Source of the DNA: an uncultured Pelagibacteraceae bacterium
GTDB taxonomy: Bacteria > Pseudomonadota > Alphaproteobacteria > Pelagibacterales > AG-422-B15
Assembly (NCBI GenBank): GCA_905182145.1
Contig: CAJJAN010000029.1
Coordinates: forward strand, 11,117-75,116
Reading direction: 5' to 3'
Length of the DNA stretch: 64,000 nt
The translations under genes were made by a program, and so were the position numbers. The notes under the pieces were generated by a model. The model did not search any database, was not told the DNA's origin, and saw nothing but the letters and a program-made list of their open reading frames with translations. Within the stretch, counting starts at the first letter, position 1. The number at the start of each line of letters is the position of its first letter. This document shows positions 47,646 through 58,859 of the stretch, piece by piece.

Positions 47646-49637
47646 ATGCCCAAAGAATCGAATAAAAATAAAACGCACAACGCTCTTGCAAATGCTATAA
47701 GATTCTTATCAATTGATGCAGTACAACAAGCTAACAGTGGACACCCTGGCCTTCCAATGGGTATGGCAGATGTTGCTACAGTTTTATTTACAAAATTTTT
47801 AAAATTTGATCCAGCAAATCCAAAATGGTTTAACCGAGACAGGTTTATTCTTTCTGCTGGGCACGGCTCAATGCTTCTTTATTCTTTGCTTTATCTTACT
47901 GGATATAAAGACATTTCAATTCAAGATATAAAGAATTTTAGGCAGCTAAATAGTAAATGTGCTGGGCATCCTGAATATGGTCATATTAGCGGTATTGAAA
48001 CAACAACTGGGCCACTTGGGCAAGGTTTTGGAAATGCTGTAGGAATGGCGTTAAGTGAAAGAATCTTAGCAACTTCCTTTGGAAAAATTTCAGACCACTT
48101 TACTTATGTTATTGCAAGTGACGGTGATCTAATGGAAGGAATTAGTCATGAAGCTGCATCTTTAGCTGGTCACCTAAAGCTTAATAAATTAATAGTTTTC
48201 TTTGACGACAATGGCATATCTATTGATGGACCAGTAAATTTAGCAAACTCTGAAAATACTACTAATCGATTTAAGTCTTACCAATGGAATACAATTTCTA
48301 TTGATGGACATAATCCAGATTCAATTGCAAAAGCAATTAAAGTTGCTCAAAAATCAAAAAAACCTACATTAATTAGCTGTAAAACTAAGATTGGATTTGG
48401 CTCACCCAATAAAGAAGGTAAATCTTCTGCGCACGGCTCACCTTTAGGAAATGATGAAATTCAATTAACTCGAAAAGTATTAAACTGGTCCAACGAACCA
48501 TTTCAAATACCTCTAAAGGTATTAAACCAGTGGCGAACATGTTCAACATTTGGCAAGGCTGAGTTTAAGAAATGGAATAATAGTTTTTCAAAAATTTCCT
48601 CTAAACAAAAAACAGAATTTAATAGAAGAATAAAAGGTAAAATACCTACCACAGTTACAAAAGCTCTCACTACTTTTAAAAAGAAATTGATTAAAGATCC
48701 CATGTCGCTTGCAACAAGACAATCCTCTGAAATGGTTATTAATAAAATAAGTGGATTAATGCCTGAATTTATTGGTGGATCTGCCGATCTTACCGGCTCA
48801 AATAATACTAAAGCAAAAGAAGCACAGATTATTGCAGCTCCAAAATATAATGGACAATACATATATTATGGAATTAGAGAGCATGCGATGGCAGCGATAA
48901 TGAATGGAATGTCACTACATCAAGGAATTATTCCATTTGGTGGAACTTTTTTAATCTTTGCGGATTATTGCAAGCCTTCAATTAGATTATCAGGTTTAAT
49001 GGAGCAAAGAGTAATCTATGTTCTTACTCATGACTCTATTGGATTAGGTGAAGATGGACCAACTCATCAGCCAATTGAACAGTTGGCAAGTTTAAGGGCT
49101 ACTCCAAATGTAAATGTTTACAGGCCTGCCGATACCTATGAAACTATTGAATGTTGGGAGCAAGCATTAAATACTTCAAAAAATCCAAGTGTAATGGCTT
49201 TAACAAGACAAAAACTATCCCCTATAAGACATGTATATAGTAAAGAAAATCTATGTTCATATGGTGCCTACGAATTAAACAGCTCTTCAAAAAAACCTAC
49301 CGTGACACTATATGCATCTGGCTCTGAGGTGAATTTAGCAATTTCCACTATGAAGCTGCTAAATAAAAATAAAATATCTTGCAGAGTAGTTTCAGTTCCG
49401 TGCTTTGAGTTATTTAAAAATCAAACACCTGCATATCAAAATAAAATAAAAGGAAGCTCAAAAGTAAATGTTTCTATTGAAGCCGGTGTGAAAATGGGTT
49501 GGAATGACATATGTCCATCAGGTACTTTAAATATAAGTATTGAAAGCTTTGGAGCTAGCGCTCCCTATGAAGAACTTTATAAATATTTTGGATTATCATC
49601 TGAAAAGATTTATAAACAAATAATTAAAAAAATATAA
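47646..49637 (+). CDS. tkt: Transketolase
   Basis: NSGHPGLPMGMAD, SAGHGSMLLYSLLYLTGY, SDGDLMEGISHEA, and GEDGPTHQPIEQLA motifs. Confidence 0.95.
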   Translation: MPKESNKNKTHNALANAIRFLSIDAVQQANSGHPGLPMGMADVATVLFTKFLKFDPANPKWFNRDRFILSAGHGSMLLYSLLYLTGYKDISIQDIKNFRQLNSKCAGHPEYGHISGIETTTGPLGQGFGNAVGMALSERILATSFGKISDHFTYVIASDGDLMEGISHEAASLAGHLKLNKLIVFFDDNGISIDGPVNLANSENTTNRFKSYQWNTISIDGHNPDSIAKAIKVAQKSKKPTLISCKTKIGFGSPNKEGKSSAHGSPLGNDEIQLTRKVLNWSNEPFQIPLKVLNQWRTCSTFGKAEFKKWNNSFSKISSKQKTEFNRRIKGKIPTTVTKALTTFKKKLIKDPMSLATRQSSEMVINKISGLMPEFIGGSADLTGSNNTKAKEAQIIAAPKYNGQYIYYGIREHAMAAIMNGMSLHQGIIPFGGTFLIFADYCKPSIRLSGLMEQRVIYVLTHDSIGLGEDGPTHQPIEQLASLRATPNVNVYRPADTYETIECWEQALNTSKNPSVMALTRQKLSPIRHVYSKENLCSYGAYELNSSSKKPTVTLYASGSEVNLAISTMKLLNKNKISCRVVSVPCFELFKNQTPAYQNKIKGSSKVNVSIEAGVKMGWNDICPSGTLNISIESFGASAPYEELYKYFGLSSEKIYKQIIKKI

Positions 49638-49647
49638 GGAGTTAAGT

Positions 49648-50658
49648 ATGGCAATAAATGTTGCAATTAGTGGTTTTGGAAGAATTGGTAGATTGGTTCT
49701 AAGATCTATCATCGAAAACAAAAGAAAAGATATAAATATCGTTGCTATAAATGATTTAGCTCCAGTAGAAACAAATGCTTTTTTACTTTCATACGACTCA
49801 ATTCATGGACCATTAAAAGAAAAGGTAAACATCAAAAATGGGCAAATAGTTATTGGTAAAAAGAAAATTGCGGTATTAAAAGAACGTGATCCAAAGCAGC
49901 TTCCTTGGAAAAAATTAAAAATTGACATTGTTTTTGAATGCACAGGTTTATTTACCTCAAAAGATACTGCATCAATGCACTTAAAAGCTGGTGCAAAAAA
50001 AGTATTAGTATCTGCACCTTGTAGTGATGCAGATAAAACTATTGTTTATGGAGTTAACCATGAAACTCTAACTAAAAAAGATAAAGTAGTTTCTAATGCC
50101 TCTTGTACAACTAATTGTCTTGCCCCTGTTACTAAAGTATTAAACGATAATTTTGGAATTGTTCATGGCTATATGACTACTATTCATGCTTATACTGGAG
50201 ACCAAAAAGTATTAGATACATTTCATTCTGATCCTAGAAGAGCTCGAGCAGCAGCACTTTCTATGATACCTACTTCCACTGGTGCAGCTAAGGCTGTTGG
50301 ACTAGTTATGCCTGAATTAGCAGGAAAATTAGATGGAACAGCAATCAGAGTACCTACTCCAAATGTATCTTTAATTGATTTTAAATTTGTTACAAAAAAG
50401 AATGTTACTGCTGACGATATAAATAAAGCAATGACTAAGGCTTCAAAATCAAAAAACTTAAAAGGTATTTTAACTGTAAATTCAGAACCTCTTGTTTCAA
50501 GTGATTTTAATCACAACCCAGCATCATCAAATTTTGATTTAACTCAAACTCAAGTAATTGATGGAACTTTTGGACGTGTGCTTAGTTGGTATGACAATGA
50601 ATGGGGTTTCTCAAATAGAATGTGTGACACTGCTATTGTAATGAGCAAATCAAAATAA
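49648..50658 (+). CDS. gap: Glyceraldehyde-3-phosphate dehydrogenase
   Basis: GFGRIGR, active site SNASCTTNCLAP, and WYDNEWGFSNR. Confidence 0.95.
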   Translation: MAINVAISGFGRIGRLVLRSIIENKRKDINIVAINDLAPVETNAFLLSYDSIHGPLKEKVNIKNGQIVIGKKKIAVLKERDPKQLPWKKLKIDIVFECTGLFTSKDTASMHLKAGAKKVLVSAPCSDADKTIVYGVNHETLTKKDKVVSNASCTTNCLAPVTKVLNDNFGIVHGYMTTIHAYTGDQKVLDTFHSDPRRARAAALSMIPTSTGAAKAVGLVMPELAGKLDGTAIRVPTPNVSLIDFKFVTKKNVTADDINKAMTKASKSKNLKGILTVNSEPLVSSDFNHNPASSNFDLTQTQVIDGTFGRVLSWYDNEWGFSNRMCDTAIVMSKSK

Positions 50659-50659
50659 A

Positions 50660-51856
50660 ATGATAGATCTGAATAAGGTCAAAAGATTTAACAAAAAAGA
50701 TAGAACTGTTTTAATTAGATTTGATCTTAATGTACCTCTTGACTCTGAAGAATTACATAAAAGTGAAAGAATTATTAGAATAAAGAAATCAATTTTAAAA
50801 CTTACATCTCTTAATTCTAAGATTATAATTTTATCTCATGTAGGTCGCCCTAAAGGTACGAGTAGTAATGATTTATCGTTAAAACAATTAATTGAACCAT
50901 TAAAAAAAGCTCTTAATAAAGATATTGAGTTTATTTCAGACTGTATTGGCGTAGATGTAAAAAATAAAATTTCTGAAACAGATTCTAGTAAAATAATCTT
51001 ATTGGAGAACTGTAGATTTTATAGTGAAGAAGAAGCAAATGACGATGGTTTTGCAGAGTCTTTATCTCAATTAGCTGATGTTTATATTAATGATGCGTTT
51101 GCGTGTTCACATCGCGCACATGCCTCAATATCTGCTATCACTAAATACTTGCCATCTTATTGCGGTGAACTTCTTTATGATGAGTTGTTAAATTTAAATA
51201 AGATTATTACAGATCCAGACAAGCCTGCTATTACAATAATGGGTGGCTCTAAGATTTCTACTAAAATTTCAATAGTAAAGAATCTTGCAAAAAAAATGTC
51301 AGCTATCGCTATTTGTGGAGGTATGGCAAATAGTTTTTTAGAGTATCAAGGTTTCAACATTGGAAAATCACTAGCTGAAAAAAATGTTCAAAATATTATT
51401 CAAGATATATTTAATTTTTCAGCAGAGAATAGTTGTAAAATTATATTGCCTCAAGATGCAAACGTTGCACTAAAAATAGAAAATAATGTTAGCTCTAATA
51501 TAAAAAAAATAAATCAAATTGATATGGATGAAATGATTCTTGATATTGGACCAGTTTCTATAAAAGAGCTAAAAGAACAAATAAAATCATCTAAAACTGT
51601 CTTTTGGAATGGTCCTCCAGGAGTATTTGAAGTTTCTCCTTTCAATAAGGCCTCGATTGAAATAGCTGAATATATTGCAGAATTAACACAAGCTGGAAAA
51701 ATTCAATCATTTGCGGGTGGTGGTGATACTGTTGCAGCAATAGAAATGGCTGGTGTTAAAGATAAATTTACTTATATTTCTACTGGCGGAGGTGCTTTAC
51801 TTGAGTTATTAGAAGGAAAGCAGTTGCCTGGTTTGGCTTCGCAAAATATTTTATAA
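50660..51856 (+). CDS. pgk: Phosphoglycerate kinase
   Basis: RFDLNVPL, SHVGRPKG, NDAFACSHRAHAS, and STGGGALLELLEG motifs. Confidence 0.95.
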   Translation: MIDLNKVKRFNKKDRTVLIRFDLNVPLDSEELHKSERIIRIKKSILKLTSLNSKIIILSHVGRPKGTSSNDLSLKQLIEPLKKALNKDIEFISDCIGVDVKNKISETDSSKIILLENCRFYSEEEANDDGFAESLSQLADVYINDAFACSHRAHASISAITKYLPSYCGELLYDELLNLNKIITDPDKPAITIMGGSKISTKISIVKNLAKKMSAIAICGGMANSFLEYQGFNIGKSLAEKNVQNIIQDIFNFSAENSCKIILPQDANVALKIENNVSSNIKKINQIDMDEMILDIGPVSIKELKEQIKSSKTVFWNGPPGVFEVSPFNKASIEIAEYIAELTQAGKIQSFAGGGDTVAAIEMAGVKDKFTYISTGGGALLELLEGKQLPGLASQNIL

Positions 51857-51890
51857 TTGCATAAAACCTAAAGATTAAGGATTAATAAAT

Positions 51891-52904
51891 ATGACATTAA
51901 CTAATTTAAATGAAATTGCAGAATATATTGTTTCGAATGGTAAGGGAATACTTGCAGCAGATGAAAGCACTGGTACCATAAAAAAAAGATTTGATTCAAT
52001 AAATACTGAATCAACTGAGCAAAGCAGAAAAACTTATCGTGAAATGCTCTTCCAGGCAGATGGAATGAAAGGCAATATTGGTGGGGTTATTTTATTTGAA
52101 GAAACCTTAAAGCAAATTTCTGAAGATGGAACATCTCTTGTAAAAGTAATTTCAAATCAAGGTGCACTTCCAGGTATCAAAGTAGATAAGGGTTTGTCAC
52201 CTATTAATGATAACTCTGAAGAAACAGTTACTAACGGTCTCGATGATTTAGATCAAAGATGTAAAGAATATTTTGAACTTGGAGCTAAGTTTACTAAATG
52301 GCGTGCCGTTATAAATATAGGTAATGATGTTCCAACTGATAATTGTATAAATGAAAATATGCATAGACTTGCAAATTATGCAAAAATTGTTCAGACAAAT
52401 AAAATGGTTCCAATTGTTGAGCCTGAGGTAATTATGGATGGTTCACATTCAATAGATGAATGCTATGAAGTTACCTCAAGAGTTTTAAAATCTCTATTTA
52501 AGCACCTTAAAGATAAAAATGTAGATATCACTGGAACAATTTTAAAGCCAAACATGGTTATATCAGGAAACAGTTGCCCTATACAAGCTGGAGTAAAAGA
52601 AGTAGCAGAAAAAACTGTGAAATGTTTATTGGAAAATGTTCCAGAAGAATTACCAGGAATTACCTTTCTATCAGGTGGTCAGTCTGATATTGATGCAACT
52701 GCACATTTAGATGCCATGAATAAGATTGGTGGATTTAGTTGGAAGTTAAGTTTTTCTTATGGACGTGCCCTACAACAAGCTGCTTTAAAAGCATGGATGG
52801 GCAAAGAAGAGAATATGACTAATGCAAAATCTGCATTTTCACATAGAGCTTTAATGAATAAAAAAGCAGCCCTTGGAAATTGGAATAAAGATTTAGAAAA
52901 TTAA
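51891..52904 (+). CDS. fba: Fructose-bisphosphate aldolase, class I
   Basis: GILAADESTGTIKKRF, a Schiff-base Lys context TILKPNMV, and LSFSYGRALQ. Confidence 0.9.
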   Translation: MTLTNLNEIAEYIVSNGKGILAADESTGTIKKRFDSINTESTEQSRKTYREMLFQADGMKGNIGGVILFEETLKQISEDGTSLVKVISNQGALPGIKVDKGLSPINDNSEETVTNGLDDLDQRCKEYFELGAKFTKWRAVINIGNDVPTDNCINENMHRLANYAKIVQTNKMVPIVEPEVIMDGSHSIDECYEVTSRVLKSLFKHLKDKNVDITGTILKPNMVISGNSCPIQAGVKEVAEKTVKCLLENVPEELPGITFLSGGQSDIDATAHLDAMNKIGGFSWKLSFSYGRALQQAALKAWMGKEENMTNAKSAFSHRALMNKKAALGNWNKDLEN

Positions 52905-52909
52905 ATTTT

Positions 52910-53476
52910 ATGAAAATTAATGGTAATGCCGTCAAACCCGGCATGATTATAGAGCATCAGAATGCATTGTGGGTTGTTACTAAGGCTCAACACGTAAAAC
53001 CTGGAAAAGGTGGAGCATTTAATCAAGTTGAGATGAAAAACCTAAAAAGTAACTCTAAACTTAATGAGCGTTTTAGAGCATCGGAACAAGTCGAACGTGC
53101 GAGAGTTGAGGAAGAACAATTTCAGTATTTATATAAGCAAGAAAGTAAGCTAGTTTTTATGAACCTAACTTCATATGAACAAATTGAACTTGATGAGGAA
53201 TTTGTTGCAGATAAAGCTAAAATGTTAAGAGAAAACGAAGAGGTAACACTGGAGCTTTATGATGAAGTCCCAATTGGTCTTCAACTTCCAAAGACAATGG
53301 TTTTTACTGTAAAAGAAACGGAAGCGGTAGTCAAAGGTCAAACAGCTGCCTCTTCAAATAAACCGGCGATTGTTGATAATGATATCAGGGTAATGGTCCC
53401 TCCTTTCATAGACCAAGGTGAAGAAATAGTCATTAATACCGAAGATATGACTTATCTTAAGCGTAATGATAAATGA
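52910..53476 (+). CDS. efp: Elongation factor P
   Basis: HVKPGKGGAFNQVEMKNL loop. 188 aa. Confidence 0.9.
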   Translation: MKINGNAVKPGMIIEHQNALWVVTKAQHVKPGKGGAFNQVEMKNLKSNSKLNERFRASEQVERARVEEEQFQYLYKQESKLVFMNLTSYEQIELDEEFVADKAKMLRENEEVTLELYDEVPIGLQLPKTMVFTVKETEAVVKGQTAASSNKPAIVDNDIRVMVPPFIDQGEEIVINTEDMTYLKRNDK

Positions 53477-54267
53477 GCTATAGCAGTCCACATATTAATA
53501 CGATGTTTGCAGCAGCTAGACAGGCAGGTAAAAAGCTTGTTAGAGATTTTGGTGAAGTGGAAAATTTGCAAGTATCCATTAAAGGGGTGTCAGATTTTGT
53601 TTCAGCTGCTGATATTCAATCTGAAAAAATCTTGATAAACGAACTTTCTCGAGCTTATCCAGATTATGATATTCTTGCTGAAGAAGCGGGTTTTATAAAA
53701 AATAGTAAAACTAACTCAGGAATGAAATGGGTAATTGACCCATTAGATGGTACAACAAATTTCTTATTCGGCATACCTCACTTTGCAATTAGCATAGCAC
53801 TCCAGAAAGATGGTGAAACATTATCTGGTATTGTTTACAACCCAATTACAGATGACTTGTTCTGGGCTGTAAGAGGTAAAGGGGCATACTGCAATAATAA
53901 GAGACTAAGAGTTTCAGTTCGAGATAAATTTGATAGCTGCACTATTGGCACTGGAATACCTCATAAGGGATTAGCAGATCATGCTGACTATCTTATTGGG
54001 CTGACTAAAGTAATGGAGAATGCTGCTGCAATTAGAAGATTTGGAACAGCTTCACTTGATCTAGTTTATGTTGCCGCTGGAAAATTTGATGGCTTCTGGG
54101 AAAAAAATTTAAAAATATGGGATATCGCTGCTGGGGCTTTAATTGTAACCGAAGCAGGTGGCAATGTAACTGATCACAAAGGAATGAATGGATTTTTAGA
54201 AAGTGGAAATATTGTTAGCTCTAACTTCAAAATTCACGATCAACTACTTAAGTTAATTAAGGTTTAA
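53473..54267 (+). CDS. suhB: Inositol monophosphatase family protein (SuhB-like)
   Basis: AEEAG, WVIDPLDGTTNF, and WDIAAGALIVTEAGG motifs. Confidence 0.85.
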   Translation: MSYSSPHINTMFAAARQAGKKLVRDFGEVENLQVSIKGVSDFVSAADIQSEKILINELSRAYPDYDILAEEAGFIKNSKTNSGMKWVIDPLDGTTNFLFGIPHFAISIALQKDGETLSGIVYNPITDDLFWAVRGKGAYCNNKRLRVSVRDKFDSCTIGTGIPHKGLADHADYLIGLTKVMENAAAIRRFGTASLDLVYVAAGKFDGFWEKNLKIWDIAAGALIVTEAGGNVTDHKGMNGFLESGNIVSSNFKIHDQLLKLIKV

Positions 54268-54555
54268 TCCAAATCTATTTAACATTTTTTTTTCAACTCT
54301 AAGAAAATAGCTAAATTGACCAAATGGGATAGCTACAATTATTAGCAATATTTGATAAAATACAAATACAGATAATATTCTGATGGGCCAAAAAATTAAT
54401 GGCGATAAGTTACTTAGATCTATATTTATTACCTCTATTACTAGCTGTGATACATATAAAGACATAGACCCAGTAATAGCAAATACGAGCATAACACATA
54501 TGAACTGCAGGTCTGAAGTTATTAAAAGCCTCTTATATATAGATTTTTTAGTCAT
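54253..54555 (-). CDS. Small integral membrane protein of unknown function
   Basis: 100 aa with about three hydrophobic helices. Its 3' end overlaps the suhB 3' end by 15 nt. Confidence 0.45.
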   Translation of the reverse strand: MTKKSIYKRLLITSDLQFICVMLVFAITGSMSLYVSQLVIEVINIDLSNLSPLIFWPIRILSVFVFYQILLIIVAIPFGQFSYFLRVEKKMLNRFGLNLN

Positions 54556-54644
54556 TTTTTTGGTATATTTTAAATTTAATTTATAAAAATAGAGATTGAT
54601 TTATTAGATCTTATAAGTTATTTAAACTGAAATAAACATACATT

Positions 54645-54866
54645 ATGAAAAAAGACACGCACCCAGATTACCATACAATTAATATTGTAATGACAGACGG
54701 TACCAAGTTTGAAACTAAATCAACTTGGGGCAAAGAGGGTGATACTATGACTCTTGATATTGATCCTGCTTCACATCCAGCTTGGACCGGTGGAACTCAA
54801 AAAGTACAAGACAAAGGCCAAGTTAGTAAGTTTAATAAAAGATTTAGCAACCTTAAAACTTCATAA
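54645..54866 (+). CDS. rpmE: 50S ribosomal protein L31 (Cys-less, non-zinc form)
   Basis: MKKDTHPDY..., HPAWTG, and KFNKRF motifs. The CxxC pairs are absent. Confidence 0.9.
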   Translation: MKKDTHPDYHTINIVMTDGTKFETKSTWGKEGDTMTLDIDPASHPAWTGGTQKVQDKGQVSKFNKRFSNLKTS

Positions 54867-54914
54867 AATTATTTTACTTGAGAATTTCTCCTCACTCATA
54901 AATAATCATTATTT

Positions 54915-55886
54915 ATGAAAGCAATTTTATTTGATAAATATGGTGGTCCTTCAGTCATGTATAGTGGTGAAGCTCCAAAACCAATTATTAATGATAATGA
55001 AGTTTTGATTAAAGTTGCTGCCGCAGGCATTAATCGTCCAGATATATTGCAAAGACAAGGGAGCTATCCACCACCTAAAGGTGCATCAGAAATCTTAGGT
55101 CTTGAGGTGTCAGGTAAGATTGTTGAAATTGGAAAAAATATAGATCATGATTTTAAAAATAAAGAAGTTTGCGCATTAGTAACTGGCGGAGGTTATGCTG
55201 AGTATGCCAAATCAACATTAGCAACTGTGTTACCTATACCTGCAGGTGTAAGTCTAATTGAAGCAGCTGCTATACCTGAAACTTTTTTTACAGTATGGAC
55301 TAATTTATTTGATTCAGGATCATTAAAAAAAAATGAAACATTACTCATACATGGCGGTGCTAGTGGCATAGGTATAACAGCCGCACTAATTGCTAAAGCT
55401 ATGGGAATAAAATATTTAACAACTGTAGGCTCAAGTAAGAAAAAAGATTTTATGGATCGCCTTGGCTCTCTTTTAACAATTAATTATCTCGAAGAAGATT
55501 TTGAAGAGATAATTAAAGAAAAATTAAAGGGTGTTGACGTCATACTTGATATTGTTGGTGGTGAATATTTTCAAAAAAATATTAATATTTTAAATAAATT
55601 TGGAAGACTAATAAATATTGCGTACCTTCAAAGTCCAGTGGTAACAGCTAATTTATTACCTATTATGCTAAAAAGATTAATAGTTACAGGCTCAACTTTG
55701 CGAATAAGATCGGACGAAGAAAAACAAAAAATTAGAGACTCACTTAAGGAACATATTTGGCCTTTATTCGAGAATAACTCAGTAAATATGATAATCGATA
55801 AAGAATTTAGCTTTAATGAAGTTGAAAAAGCCCATATATATATGGAAAATAACGAAAATATAGGAAAACTCCTATTAAAATTCTAG
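54915..55886 (+). CDS. qor: NAD(P)H:quinone oxidoreductase (zinc-independent MDR family)
   Basis: GINRPDILQRQGSYPPP, a nucleotide motif IHGGASGIG, and a C-terminal GKLLLK. Confidence 0.8.
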   Translation: MKAILFDKYGGPSVMYSGEAPKPIINDNEVLIKVAAAGINRPDILQRQGSYPPPKGASEILGLEVSGKIVEIGKNIDHDFKNKEVCALVTGGGYAEYAKSTLATVLPIPAGVSLIEAAAIPETFFTVWTNLFDSGSLKKNETLLIHGGASGIGITAALIAKAMGIKYLTTVGSSKKKDFMDRLGSLLTINYLEEDFEEIIKEKLKGVDVILDIVGGEYFQKNINILNKFGRLINIAYLQSPVVTANLLPIMLKRLIVTGSTLRIRSDEEKQKIRDSLKEHIWPLFENNSVNMIIDKEFSFNEVEKAHIYMENNENIGKLLLKF

Positions 55887-55954
55887 TATCTCCTTTTAAA
55901 AGTAAATAAATTCAAATATAAGGTTTTTTTATATTTAATTTTAGGACTAATTTT

Positions 55955-56590
55955 ATGACATTACCATTAATGCCCAAAGCAACTGCTATTTGGCTTGTTG
56001 AAAATACAGCGCTAACTTTTAGGCAAATTGCTGATTTTTGTGGAATGCATGAACTAGAAATCAAAGGTATTGCCGATGGAGAAGTTGGCATGGGAATAAA
56101 GGGATTAAATCCCATGAGTACTAATCAACTTACTAAAGAAGAAATTGAAATAGCAACTAAAGATCCTGAGCATTTATTAGAACTTATACAAAATGAAATT
56201 ACTCTCCAGACTGAAAGAGATCCCAAGCAAAAAAAATATACTCCATTGTCAAAAAGACAGGAAAGACCTGATGCTATATCTTGGCTATTAAGAAATCACC
56301 CAGAATTAAAAGATTCACAAATAGCAAAGTTAGTTGGTAGTACAAAAAATATGGTTGTTTCAATAAAAACTAAAGCTAATTGGAATATGTCTAATATTAG
56401 ACCACAAGATCCTGTGGGTTTAGGCTTATGCAAACAAATTGATCTTGATGATGCTTTGGAAAAAGCCGATAGATCTCAAAAAAGAGCTGCTAAGAAAAAG
56501 GTTAAAGAAGAAATGATTTTACAGCAACAAAAACAAGAAGAGTTGCAGTCAAAAATTGAGTCTGATGTAGCTTCTAGCTCTGAGGAATAA
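55955..56590 (+). CDS. DUF1013 family protein (alphaproteobacterial TrcR-like cell-cycle regulator family)
   Basis: [41 protein letters not shown] is the conserved DUF1013 N-terminus as I remember it. Confidence 0.65.
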   Translation: MTLPLMPKATAIWLVENTALTFRQIADFCGMHELEIKGIADGEVGMGIKGLNPMSTNQLTKEEIEIATKDPEHLLELIQNEITLQTERDPKQKKYTPLSKRQERPDAISWLLRNHPELKDSQIAKLVGSTKNMVVSIKTKANWNMSNIRPQDPVGLGLCKQIDLDDALEKADRSQKRAAKKKVKEEMILQQQKQEELQSKIESDVASSSEE

Positions 56591-56604
56591 TTTCTCTTTA
56601 TCTA

Positions 56605-57087
56605 ATGAAAAAAAAGCCTTTAATCAGCATTATCATGGGCAGCAAATCTGATTGGCCAACAATGGAGCACGCTGCTTTAATTCTTAAAGAGTTTAAGGTT
56701 CCTCACGAAATAAAAGTCATCTCAGCGCATAGAACACCAAAAAGAATGAATGATTTTTCAAATAAGGCTGAAAAAAGAGGCATTAAGATTATCATTGCTG
56801 GTGCTGGAGGCGCTGCACACTTGCCTGGTATGACTGCATCACAAACAAAAATACCTGTACTAGGTGTGCCAATTAAATCTAAACAACTTGATGGCATAGA
56901 TAGTCTTCTATCTATTGCACAAATGCCAAAAGGTATTCCAGTTGGTACTCTAGCTATAGGTGAAGCTGGTGCTGCTAATGCAGCTCTACTTGCAATATCT
57001 ATTCTAGGATTGAATGATAAAACTATTAGCTCAAAATATGAAAAGTGGCGTATAAAACAAACGCAAAGTATTTTACTTAAACCGTAA
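56605..57087 (+). CDS. purE: N5-carboxyaminoimidazole ribonucleotide mutase
   Basis: [14 protein letters not shown], and [10 protein letters not shown] motifs. Confidence 0.95.
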   Translation: MKKKPLISIIMGSKSDWPTMEHAALILKEFKVPHEIKVISAHRTPKRMNDFSNKAEKRGIKIIIAGAGGAAHLPGMTASQTKIPVLGVPIKSKQLDGIDSLLSIAQMPKGIPVGTLAIGEAGAANAALLAISILGLNDKTISSKYEKWRIKQTQSILLKP

Positions 57088-57090
57088 TTA

Positions 57091-58158
57091 ATGAAAAAAA
57101 AAATTAAAGTTGGTATTATTGGTGGCGGTCAATTAGGAATGATGCTTGCACAAGCGTCCTCAAAGCTAAATATAACACCTTTAATATATTCAAATACCAA
57201 GGACTCACCCGCAGCTAAAGTAGCTAAAGTATACTACGGTGATTTTGATGATGTAGAGAGAATAAAAAAATTCATTAAACAAGTGGATTTAGTTACCTAT
57301 GAATTTGAAAATATTCCAGCTAAGTCACTAAAATTAATCGAGCAATTAGTTCCAATTTCGCCCCCTGTTAACTCACTTAAAATTACTCAAGATAGAGTAA
57401 AGGAAAAGAAATTTTTTAATGATAATAAGATTCCATGCGCTAAAACATTAATCTTAAAGAATGATATTGACCTCAAAGTTATAAAAAAAAAAGTATCATA
57501 CCCTGCTATTATTAAAACTTCTCGTTTAGGATACGATGGCAAAGGACAATTTACGATTAACAATCACTCAGATCTATTAAAAAGTTGGAGTATATTAAAT
57601 AAAACAAATTGTGTTATAGAAGAAAAAATTAACATAAAGAAAGAAATATCTATTTTAGGTGCCAGGTCTCCTGATGGTGAAATAAAAATATTTCCGTCAT
57701 TTAGAAATATACATAAAAATCATATTCTTGATATAACCAGGCTTCCTTCTCGTACCGCTAAACAAACTGAAGAGCTGGCAGTGGAATACACAATAAAGAT
57801 TTTAAAAAAACTAAAGTATATTGGCATTATCTGTATTGAGTTTTTTATTGATGCTTCAGGTAATTTAATGGCTAATGAAATGGCACCAAGAGTTCATAAT
57901 TCAGGTCACATTACAATCGAGGCATGTAAAACAAGTCAATTTGAACAACACCTTAGAGCCATTACAAATCAACCATTAGGAAAAGTTGATATAATAAAAC
58001 CAGCTGTGATGAAAAATCTTATTGGGGACGATATTACTAATATTAATTTTATAAAATCTAAAAAAGAATTTAGTAATTTTAAAAAAGCAAATCTACATAG
58101 ATATTATAAAAAAGAAACAAAGCCTGGTAGGAAAATGGGCCATATTACTTTTACATAA
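57091..58158 (+). CDS. purK: N5-carboxyaminoimidazole ribonucleotide synthase (ATP-grasp)
   Basis: GIIGGGQLGMM, YDGKGQ, NEMAPRVHNSGH, and C-terminal RKMGHITF motifs. Confidence 0.9.
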   Translation: MKKKIKVGIIGGGQLGMMLAQASSKLNITPLIYSNTKDSPAAKVAKVYYGDFDDVERIKKFIKQVDLVTYEFENIPAKSLKLIEQLVPISPPVNSLKITQDRVKEKKFFNDNKIPCAKTLILKNDIDLKVIKKKVSYPAIIKTSRLGYDGKGQFTINNHSDLLKSWSILNKTNCVIEEKINIKKEISILGARSPDGEIKIFPSFRNIHKNHILDITRLPSRTAKQTEELAVEYTIKILKKLKYIGIICIEFFIDASGNLMANEMAPRVHNSGHITIEACKTSQFEQHLRAITNQPLGKVDIIKPAVMKNLIGDDITNINFIKSKKEFSNFKKANLHRYYKKETKPGRKMGHITFT

Positions 58159-58173
58159 CCATCGATTAAAGTA

Positions 58174-58770
58174 TTATAAAAATCTTGAAAAGGTTTCTTT
58201 GATTTTATTTTTAATTTTTCCAATTTTCATTGATCGCTTAAAACACTTCTTCATGTAATCAATAGTGTTTAAACTATCCTTAGACTCATCGTTTATCCAG
58301 AATAATGTAGTTGGTACAATTACGCTCATTAAGATAAATCGCTTTGTATAAAAATTAAAATCAATCGAAGTATCCTCAATTAGTTGCCAAAATTTATCAG
58401 AAATTAAATAAACTGACGCTGGTGTGGCAAATAGTGATTCTGGACTTTTAAAATATTCAATCAATCTCTCAATAATTAACTTACTATCCTTAAATTGATT
58501 GAGGTAAGATATCAGTATTATCTCCAATCTTTCTTGTGTCTTCATCTCAATAAATTGATCTCTAATCGGTAGTTCAATATTTTCTAGAGATCTACTGATA
58601 AAAAAAGCTGTAAGATCTCTTAATTTTAATGGAAAGCTACTGTCCCACACTGCTTCACTTGAAATGCTTTTTGAAACTACACTCAAATAGTTTGAATTAG
58701 TCCATTTGTTTGTATTTAGTGACACCAAAAACTCTTTCAAAAGTTCATTTTTATCAATATTTTTAGTCAT
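58174..58770 (-). CDS. COQ9-like protein (the 'rpsU-divergently transcribed' family)
   Basis: 198 aa helical protein placed divergently from rpsU, as is conserved in alphaproteobacteria. The family call rests mainly on this context. Confidence 0.55.
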   Translation of the reverse strand: MTKNIDKNELLKEFLVSLNTNKWTNSNYLSVVSKSISSEAVWDSSFPLKLRDLTAFFISRSLENIELPIRDQFIEMKTQERLEIILISYLNQFKDSKLIIERLIEYFKSPESLFATPASVYLISDKFWQLIEDTSIDFNFYTKRFILMSVIVPTTLFWINDESKDSLNTIDYMKKCFKRSMKIGKIKNKIKETFSRFL

Positions 58771-58859
58771 TTTTTTATATTTATTAAGTAGACATAATTA
58801 TATGTCAGTGCTACAAGACCTTCAATTAATTAATAGTTGTTCCTTAGGAGGACAGTACC

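Noticed and set aside
51891-52904. A class I (Schiff-base, eukaryote-like) fructose-bisphosphate aldolase in a bacterial tkt-gap-pgk operon, considered as an unusual acquisition.
   Set aside because: Its composition matches the host, and this operon arrangement with a class I aldolase is common in alphaproteobacteria.
54645-54866. L31 lacks the CxxC zinc-ribbon cysteines. I considered it as a zinc-sparing paralogue.
   Set aside because: Only one copy is visible, and Cys-less L31 is the normal form in many alphaproteobacteria. It is not evidence of a Zur-regulated paralogue switch.
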